From contig JAKAKI010000073.1 of assembly GCA_021813505.1 (NCBI GenBank), positions 45,851 to 109,850 of the forward strand: a stretch of 64,000 bases of DNA, read 5' to 3'. Below the pieces are notes generated by a model. That model did not search any database. It saw only the letters and a list, made by a program, of their open reading frames with translations, and had not been told where the DNA came from. Of the stretch, positions 57,732 to 64,000 are shown one piece after another; the first letter of the stretch is position 1, and each line of letters opens with the position of its first letter. The DNA comes from a bacterium (lineage in GTDB: Bacteria; Zixibacteria; MSB-5A5; WJJR01). The translations under genes and the position numbers were made by a program.

Positions 57732-57746
57732 TCGGGCTGGCTCGCG

Positions 57747-58499
57747 TCACTCGAACAGGAAACTGGCGTTGACCGTCGAGGTAATTTCCTTTTCGATCGA
57801 AGTCTCGTCGCTCATCCCCATATCGGAGACATCCTGCGAGTTGAGGGGACGAATCTGAAACACACCCACGCGGGCCGCGGTGGGAGAGCCGATCTTGCGC
57901 CCGGTGATCTCCGCCAACTGAGTCGCGCGGAGTTTCGCGTTCTCGGTGGCCGATCTGATCATCTCGATCTTCAACGTATCCAGCTTCGTGAAGAGATAAC
58001 GCGGACGATTCGAGTAGAATTCGATACCGGATTCGACGAGCGTGGAGGCCTTGAGCGACAACGCGGTCACTCGATCCACGTCATCTAGTGATACCTTGAT
58101 CGACTGCCGCAGAGTGTAGCCCTGCAAAACCTGTTCGCGATTGAAGTTCTTATTGATTTGCACCGCGCCGACGTCGTACTGGCCCGGCTGAAACCCCTCC
58201 TGGCTCATGAAGGTCCCGGTCTTGGCCAAGTTGGCCTTGAGCTGGGCATAGGCATCTTCCAGTTTCGGCGCCGTGACCGAGATCGCGCCCTCCCACATCG
58301 CCCGGTTGGAGCGGATCGGCTTCGATGCAGAGCCGGTCACCGAGATTGTCTGCCCGTAACCCTTGACACGGACAAAGGCCTTGGTTCCGATGAGAGTGCA
58401 GATCACAAGCGCTACGCCGATGAACAGCGCGGCTGGAATCAGAGCGTTGTTGCTGCTGCGGGTGCTTGAATGTTCCGACATGGCCACCTCCTGTGCCAA
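57747..58499 (-). CDS. SIMPL/DUF541-family protein with an N-terminal membrane anchor.
   Basis: ~250 aa. N-terminal TM. The general pattern is that of YggE-like oxidative-stress proteins. Weak call. Confidence 0.4.
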   Translation of the reverse strand: MAQEVAMSEHSSTRSSNNALIPAALFIGVALVICTLIGTKAFVRVKGYGQTISVTGSASKPIRSNRAMWEGAISVTAPKLEDAYAQLKANLAKTGTFMSQEGFQPGQYDVGAVQINKNFNREQVLQGYTLRQSIKVSLDDVDRVTALSLKASTLVESGIEFYSNRPRYLFTKLDTLKIEMIRSATENAKLRATQLAEITGRKIGSPTAARVGVFQIRPLNSQDVSDMGMSDETSIEKEITSTVNASFLFE

Positions 58500-58708
58500 T
58501 TGATCCGATGGGAAGTTTCATGCTCTGCAAAGAGTCCGGTGTATGTTGCGGCAATGCCATAACCACGTACCGCACCGGTCCGGTGTGCACGCGCATCGCC
58601 ATGAATTCGTCAATCCGCCCAAGGCCGATTGGAAGTTCGATCATGCAGCGTATCTACTGCGGGGTTCGCGCTCATGCAATCACAAAGTCAACTCGTGTCG
58701 GGCCGCCA

Positions 58709-60475
58709 TCACGGACAGCCGGGGGGTGATCCCGGCGTGCACGGATTGCATGGATTGGGACCGCCGGAGAAAGCGGTCGCAATCAGATAGATGACGTCGA
58801 ACACATCAACCATCCCGTTGTTGTTGACATCGCCGCGCGTGGCCGGACACTGGGCATCCTGAATGTCCGAAGCGCCGCTGAACGCAATCCCAATGATTTC
58901 GATGACGTCGAAGACGTCGAGCAAGGCATCTCCTGTGGGGCGCGGGGCGATGTCACCCTGGCTGGGACAATTGCAGAAACTCGCGAACGCCGCCTGCAGA
59001 TTCGGCCTCGGTCCGATATTCCCCGCCGGCGGCATGACCTGGGGCGTGCCGGTTGCGATCAATGTGCTGCGTATAAAGCCGGGCGTGGGCAAAGGCGTGC
59101 CCAATGTCGCCTTCCAATACCCCATGCAACATGCGACCGCACCGGCGACGATCGGCGATGCGCTCGAGGTGCCGGAGAATGTATTCGTGTAGGTGAAGTT
59201 GGGACCATCGAAATTATACCACGAGCCGTAACCAGCGGTCATAACGTCCTCACCCCACCCCTGGAGATCGAACCTGGGCCCGTAGCTCGAAAACGAGATT
59301 CGCTGGAGATCTGTCTCGGGATATGTCCCGCCGGGATAGGCGCCTCCCGCGCCAACGATGATCGCTCCCGAGTTACCATACCACGACATCGCTCCCATAT
59401 TGACGCCGCCATTTCCGCCAGCCTCCACAACGTGAATACCGGAGGCCACGGCGTTGACGATCGCCGCATAGACGCCATTGAAACTCTGAGGGCTGTTGGA
59501 ATAATTCAACCACCACTCGATGGGAATGAAGTTACCGCTGCCAACCGTGTATTCCCATTGCTGCTCAAGAAGAATTACGTCACCGGGAGACAGATTGGCA
59601 ATCGCCACCGCCATGGCACCGGGGACATTCCAACTGGGCGCGGGCAGGCCATAGTACGTTCCGCACGTCTTCAGCGTGGCGGCATAGCAGATGCCGGTCG
59701 TGCCCCAGCCGTTGTTGTCGGAGACCAATTCACCAATAACGGCGGTACCGTGATCCTTTCCATAACCAGGATCGGCAATGTTGTTGTTGATCTGCGACAA
59801 CGGCGCCTGTGTGAGGTCGCCATGGCTGATTCCCCAGGCATACTCGAGGTCACAAACGGTAACGCCGGCACCATTTCCACCCGGCTGTGTCCAGGCATAG
59901 TCCGCACCAATGCCGGATGGCACAAAGCTCGCCACACGGAGATACCCCTGCCAGCCGGTAAAATCCGGGGGCGGATAGGGCGGCGGTGTGGGTTTGGGCA
60001 CGGGCCGTGCCAGCAGTACGCCAGGAAGGGCTTCGAGTTGGCCGCTGATCGCCCAGACATCACTCCCCTTGGGAATGCGGAGGCGGAGGATGTTGTTCAG
60101 ATTGTAAACAGGCTGTCCGGTGTTCGCCTCGCCACGGGCCTGGATCTCATCGAGGCGCACCTCGGGCACATGACTGATCGGCTGCCACTCGACCCAGGGA
60201 AGAGGCTGCAGCACTCCACCAACTCCTTCCAGACCTTGTTTTGATGCAAGGTCGACCGGCAGGCCGCCGCGCAGCCGGACGCGTGACTCCGGCAAGAACA
60301 TCACCTCGATGAGGTCATCCTCTGAAAGATACGGTGCAGCCGCCACCAAGTCCGGGAGCACCACCGCCGCAATTATGAAGCCAAAAAGCAGGATGCCAGA
60401 TTGCCGGATGCTCGAAGTCAGCATCCGTTTCCATGAACGGATTGGAGTGTTCATTTTCGCAACCTCCTGAGACAA
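58709..60475 (-). CDS. S8-family subtilisin-like serine peptidase with a C-terminal double dockerin-like module.
   Basis: His box 'DHGTAVIGE'. Ser box 'GTSSASPIVAG'. Signal peptide. C-terminal 'GDALLDVFDVIEIIGIAFSG' and 'RGDVNNNGMVDVFDVIYLIATAFSGGPNP'. Confidence 0.75.
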   Translation of the reverse strand: MSQEVAKMNTPIRSWKRMLTSSIRQSGILLFGFIIAAVVLPDLVAAAPYLSEDDLIEVMFLPESRVRLRGGLPVDLASKQGLEGVGGVLQPLPWVEWQPISHVPEVRLDEIQARGEANTGQPVYNLNNILRLRIPKGSDVWAISGQLEALPGVLLARPVPKPTPPPYPPPDFTGWQGYLRVASFVPSGIGADYAWTQPGGNGAGVTVCDLEYAWGISHGDLTQAPLSQINNNIADPGYGKDHGTAVIGELVSDNNGWGTTGICYAATLKTCGTYYGLPAPSWNVPGAMAVAIANLSPGDVILLEQQWEYTVGSGNFIPIEWWLNYSNSPQSFNGVYAAIVNAVASGIHVVEAGGNGGVNMGAMSWYGNSGAIIVGAGGAYPGGTYPETDLQRISFSSYGPRFDLQGWGEDVMTAGYGSWYNFDGPNFTYTNTFSGTSSASPIVAGAVACCMGYWKATLGTPLPTPGFIRSTLIATGTPQVMPPAGNIGPRPNLQAAFASFCNCPSQGDIAPRPTGDALLDVFDVIEIIGIAFSGASDIQDAQCPATRGDVNNNGMVDVFDVIYLIATAFSGGPNPCNPCTPGSPPGCP

Positions 60476-60649
60476 ATGCTACCTGTGCTGCCGATACGAT
60501 TGGGCAATCCGCCTCCTCTTTCCGTCGAGCAGGAGTGCTTCGTCTCGGCGGAACGATGCCGGTTCCACCTGCTCCCTTTGGACCTGTCTAAATACAAAGA
60601 TAACGCAGGATGGGAAGTTGACAAGTGGAAATTCTTCGAGTGCCACACT

Positions 60650-60895
60650 GCCTGGGGCCTGTTGAAGAACCTGTCCCCGAGATCGCAGCAGTTGTGTGAG
60701 GGGAAGGTTGCTTCGTCGCTCCCTCCGCTTTCGGTCCGCCGCGGCGGACTCCCCGCAACGACAACTGTGCCTTCGTATTGCCAACGACCAGTGTGATGTC
60801 GTTGCGAGGCGCGGCTCTTTGCGCCGAAGCAATCTCCCCCCTTACATGACTGCCGCCGCTTTTCGGAGGGCTTCTTCAACACGCCCCAAGCCGTG
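60650..60895. repeat. MITE-like element, family D copy 1 (~245 bp, highly structured). It shares GTGTTGAA/TTCAACAC ends with family B.
   Basis: ~85% identity to 63355-63590. Internal hairpin 'cgcaacgacaactgtg...cagtgtgatgtcgttgcg'. The ORFs inside it on both strands are artefacts. Confidence 0.7.
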
Positions 60896-60907
60896 ACGTG
60901 CCCAGAA

Positions 60908-61267
60908 TCAGCTTTTGATTTCGGTGATCCGCGCCTTGACCAGCCTGCGCACCAGCGCCACCGGCAACGGCTTCTCCGGCGGAAACCGGATTGTTCCCTT
61001 GCTGGTATCGTATGCCGCGAGAAGCGCCTTGTGCGCCGACACGACCGAGCCGCTCATCGGGAAGTACGAGCAATGCTTCGCGCTCGCGCTGAATCCGGCA
61101 ATCAGCTTCCCATCAAGCCGAAACGCCGGCATCCCGTAGCTGATGCACTCTTCTGCCTTGGGCGCGGCCGCTTTGATCGTCTGGCGCAGTTTCTCGAGGG
61201 CCGCACGCTTGTCGGGGGACAAGGTGGCGAGATAGGCGTCAGTCGACACAGGGGATGTGCGCGTCAT
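60908..61267 (-). CDS. DUF1801 (YdhG-like) domain protein.
   Basis: 'DAYLATLSPDKRAALEKLRQTIKAAAPKAEECISYGMPAF' matches the DUF1801 pattern. Confidence 0.55.
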   Translation of the reverse strand: MTRTSPVSTDAYLATLSPDKRAALEKLRQTIKAAAPKAEECISYGMPAFRLDGKLIAGFSASAKHCSYFPMSGSVVSAHKALLAAYDTSKGTIRFPPEKPLPVALVRRLVKARITEIKS

Positions 61268-62409
61268 GGATCCCGATCCAGGCTCAATCCCGAGTCACCC
61301 ATCATCCGCAGCATCTGCCGTTTGAATTCCTCGAGGGATGGCAGCGATTCCACCACCTGAACTGAAATATCAAGGGCGTTGGTGAGGGTGCTGAGCGCCA
61401 TCGCCGAGTCCGCGCCGGTGACCCGAATCTCCTGCGGCAGGAAGTTGGCGCTCTCGATTGCTCCCAGCACAACCCGTACCAGAAGGTCGCCCTTCACATC
61501 GGAGGGTTCACCGAGCACCGGTGGAAACGCGAATCCCGATCTGGCATCGGTGGCGATGGCGGCCCGCACGCAAGTCTTACGTTCGCTCTTGCCGCCAAAC
61601 ATCGCACCGCCGTAAAAGTGATCAACTTCCATGATCCCGACGATCCGATGGCTTTTGCTGAGAATGCGTGCGACCCGGTCCTTGTCATAGTTCGCCGGCG
61701 CCAGAGTGGCCAATGGCGACCACTGGGCTGCGGCAAGGCTGATCTCACACATCTGATCAGGGCGTTTCCCAGAGACGAGCGACACCAGGGGATAGGTGTC
61801 CTCTTTGCCCCAATACTCAATCGGAGGATGCGTTAGCATGTGATCGCAGAACTCCAGCACGGTCGCGAGACACAAAGCGAGCTGCCGGCCCTCCTCCTCG
61901 GTGATGTACCAGGGATGGTACCCCGGACGGCCGGCGCGAAACATCGGGCAAATCACGTCTTTGCGGAATGGATGTGAGAAGGCGCGGAGCAGACGGCGGT
62001 CGGGTGTGGTCAGCTCTCCACTGGGCACAAATTCGACGGACACGCCGCGCTGGGACGCTAAGAACTCGCCGGCCGTGATCGGCTGCCCGAGGGCGATTCT
62101 CTTGAACAATTGGTACCCTTCGCGTCCGATGTAGACCTGCAACGAATACACCTGCCCAAGAGCACCCATGACCGAGCAATAGCACATCTCGCCCGAGTCC
62201 GGTTCCTTGACCATTACGAGGTCCTGGTCTGCGAGCAGATCCCACGGGTGAAGCTCATAGAATTCCGCTCCCAGGTCATAGAGCCTTCGCCCAGTGGCTT
62301 TTGTCAGCGGGTTCTCTCCGGCCAGCTCTTTCTCGAAAAACAAGTCCGGGTTAGATGGACTCTTCCCGGATGGCGGTTTGTCTGACTTGCGCACGGTAGA
62401 GGCTCTCAT
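61264..62409 (-). CDS. Hypothetical protein (381 aa), translationally coupled to the DUF1801 gene.
   Basis: ATGA overlap with the downstream gene. Coding periodicity present. No motif recognised. Confidence 0.5.
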   Translation of the reverse strand: MRASTVRKSDKPPSGKSPSNPDLFFEKELAGENPLTKATGRRLYDLGAEFYELHPWDLLADQDLVMVKEPDSGEMCYCSVMGALGQVYSLQVYIGREGYQLFKRIALGQPITAGEFLASQRGVSVEFVPSGELTTPDRRLLRAFSHPFRKDVICPMFRAGRPGYHPWYITEEEGRQLALCLATVLEFCDHMLTHPPIEYWGKEDTYPLVSLVSGKRPDQMCEISLAAAQWSPLATLAPANYDKDRVARILSKSHRIVGIMEVDHFYGGAMFGGKSERKTCVRAAIATDARSGFAFPPVLGEPSDVKGDLLVRVVLGAIESANFLPQEIRVTGADSAMALSTLTNALDISVQVVESLPSLEEFKRQMLRMMGDSGLSLDRDP

Positions 62410-62487
62410 TCAGCGGCCTATGGACCGCCTGTCATTGGGGAAGCATGCGATATGTCGGGGACCGGAGTCAAGTGTGCGCCGCGAATC

Positions 62488-62563
62488 TTGCGGACAAGGG
62501 GCTTCCAGCCCCTTGCGGTCTCGCGCGACAAAGACCAAGGGGCTGGGAGCCCCTTGTCCGCAC
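62488..62563. repeat. MITE-like element, family C copy 2.
   Basis: 'cttgcggacaaggggcttccagccccttg...caaggggctgggagccccttgtccgca'. Confidence 0.7.
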
Positions 62564-62685
62564 ATTCGATTGCTCGGCGCCAAAGAAAAACCCCCGATCC
62601 TTGCGACTCGGGGGCAAATCAACACTTCGGTAGGCTGGTAGCATTCGCGCCAGACAATTTCCCGGCGGAACCCCAGTGGCCAGCG

Positions 62686-63087
62686 TCAGCCGGCCATTTT
62701 CTTCAGCATGTGATCGATAACTTCGCCGTGTTCATGTTGCGGGCTGAACAGTACGACCTCGGCGTCTTTGCCGACTTTGACTGAGTGGCCGGGCGGCCAG
62801 TAGAACAGGTCACCACCCATGATCGTCTCGTGACTCCCGTTGGCGTAGGTGACAGTCAGCTCACCCTGCAGCACATAACCCCAATGCGGAGCCTGGCACA
62901 TGTCGCCCTGCAGCCCTTGGAGCAACGGAGCGATATCCGTACCGGCGCCCAGCGAGAAGTACTCGCCGCCGATCATTCCGTAGCCGGCCGCACTGCCGAA
63001 ATCGGTCTTTTGCCGCGCGACGGCACCGGGCACGTTGATTTTCACCGGGATATCTTGTTTGGCAATTCTCACTTTGTATTCCTCCAT
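62686..63087 (-). CDS. Cupin-domain protein.
   Basis: 'YFSLGAGTDIAPLLQG' and 'HWGYVLQGELTVTYANGSHE' give a cupin beta-barrel pattern. Confidence 0.55.
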   Translation of the reverse strand: MEEYKVRIAKQDIPVKINVPGAVARQKTDFGSAAGYGMIGGEYFSLGAGTDIAPLLQGLQGDMCQAPHWGYVLQGELTVTYANGSHETIMGGDLFYWPPGHSVKVGKDAEVVLFSPQHEHGEVIDHMLKKMAG

Positions 63088-63317
63088 GGCGCCCCGACCA
63101 AATCGGGGTCGCGTGGCGTTAGAGTTGAAGAACGGTATCCGCTAAATCAACACGGATTTGGTCTTGGTTCTATGATCATTTCTTCACATACGGACGTAGG
63201 CCCCACGGCGATGGGGATTTGATTCGGAAAGCCTGGGTGCCCCTCGACCTACAACGGGGGAGCTGCGACATCGACGCGGGAGCAATCATCGCACAACCGA
63301 CTATCAGAATTCATCCC

Positions 63318-63621
63318 AGCCCCGGAGGGGCGGAAGATCGTAGCCCACGGCGCCCGGGCCTGTTGAAAAACTTGTCCTCGAGATCGCGGCAGTTGTGTAA
63401 GGAGCAGGTTGCTTCGTCGCTCCCTCCGCCTTCGGCGGAGCCGCTCCTCGCAACGACAACTGTGCCTTTGCGTTGCCAACAACCAGTGTGCTGTCGTTGC
63501 GAGGCGCGGCTCTTTGCGCCGAAGCAATCTCCCCCTTACACAACTCCCGCTGCTCTTCAGAGGACTTCTTCAACACGCCCGGGCGCCGTGGGCTACGATC
63601 TTCCGCCCCTCCGGGGCTGGG
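63318..63621. repeat. MITE-like element, family D copy 2, with an additional perfect 43-bp outer terminal inverted repeat.
   Basis: 'ccagccccggaggggcggaagatcgtagcccacggcgcccgggc' (63318-63360) is exactly mirrored at 63578-63621. The inner core is homologous to 60650-60895. Confidence 0.75.
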
Positions 63622-63797
63622 TTTCGATTCACGCCTGTGCCCCATGCCGAGCCGCAGGGCATCAGGCAACAATGCACATTCCGCACCGTATTCTCTTGAC
63701 GTGTTGGCAAACGCAGGCGAGAATCGGGTGGGGGTACTCTCAGTTGGCTGAGACGGTAACTGTATCGAGAATCGCAGGCCGATCAGAACGGCGGCGG

Positions 63798-64000
63798 ATG
63801 AAGGCGCAGCACAGGACCGGCAGGTGGCTCACACCGGCGGGTGCCGGCGTCACAGTGCTCTGCTTCTTTCTTCCGTGGATGAAGGTCAGTTGCTCCGGCA
63901 CTCGGAGTCTGAGCGGGTATGATCTGGCCAACCACGCCGGACTGCTTTGGGTGATCCTAATCGCCGCCGCGGTCACTCTGGTTGTAAGCACGATCCTGAT
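63798..64000 (+). CDS. Membrane protein, 3'-partial (runs off the window).
   Basis: ATG 63798, then a hydrophobic stretch 'VTVLCFFLPWMKVSC...LLWVILIAAAVTLVVSTIL'. No stop before the window end. Confidence 0.3.
   Translation, partial: MKAQHRTGRWLTPAGAGVTVLCFFLPWMKVSCSGTRSLSGYDLANHAGLLWVILIAAAVTLVVSTIL

Noticed and set aside
60479-63699. Paired look-alike small ORFs (60479..60832 and 63249..63527 on minus; 60696..60896 and 63409..63699 on plus) with similar translations ('MLRRKEPRLATT...').
   Set aside because: They lie entirely within the two copies of the family-D MITE. Their similarity reflects DNA repeat identity, not conserved genes.
1-64000. CRISPR array, tRNA or rRNA genes.
   Set aside because: The many repeats found are palindromic, irregularly spaced and dissimilar in the intervening sequence (MITE/REP-like). 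They are not short direct repeats with regular unique spacers, and no cas genes are present. By eye I found no T-loop 'GGTTCGAATCC'-type cloverleaf ends and no rRNA-like conserved stretches. tRNA absence is not computationally verified.

Overview
This is a high-GC (~62%) chromosomal segment, apparently from an uncultured bacterium of the Fibrobacteres-Chlorobi-Bacteroidetes (FCB) type: it encodes T9SS-type C-terminal sorting domains, DUF1573 proteins and dockerin-like EF-hand repeat modules. I call about 45 protein-coding genes. About 14 are secreted or surface proteins and hydrolases (a 1665-aa tandem-repeat beta-helix protein, M6, S8 and M2-like peptidases, a TolB-propeller/amidohydrolase fusion). 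There are two ABC transporter pairs with a flotillin gene between them, a DUF47-PiT phosphate transporter pair, and a Y-family polymerase/DnaE2 mutagenesis cassette. There are also MsrB-MsrA, RtcA, an Old Yellow Enzyme and an MIO-type ammonia-lyase. I recognised no rRNA, tRNA, CRISPR array or prophage. The most interesting signal is a DUF1573 gene whose reading frame is interrupted only by a single in-frame TGA. That TGA aligns to the first Cys of a Cys-Gly-Cys (CGC) motif in a tandem paralog and is followed by a copy-specific hairpin, so it is a candidate selenoprotein. The second notable feature is that four unrelated secreted proteins end in paired dockerin-like modules, suggesting a cohesin-dockerin-like display system alongside T9SS cargo. 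Third, the intergenic space is packed with at least six families of small palindromic MITE-like repeats. Two families share GTGTTGAA/TTCAACAC terminal inverted repeats, and one copy sits beside a truncated PhzF gene whose start codon lies inside an adjacent palindromic motif. Several long minus-strand ORFs in the provided track are antisense artefacts of high-GC coding sequence.
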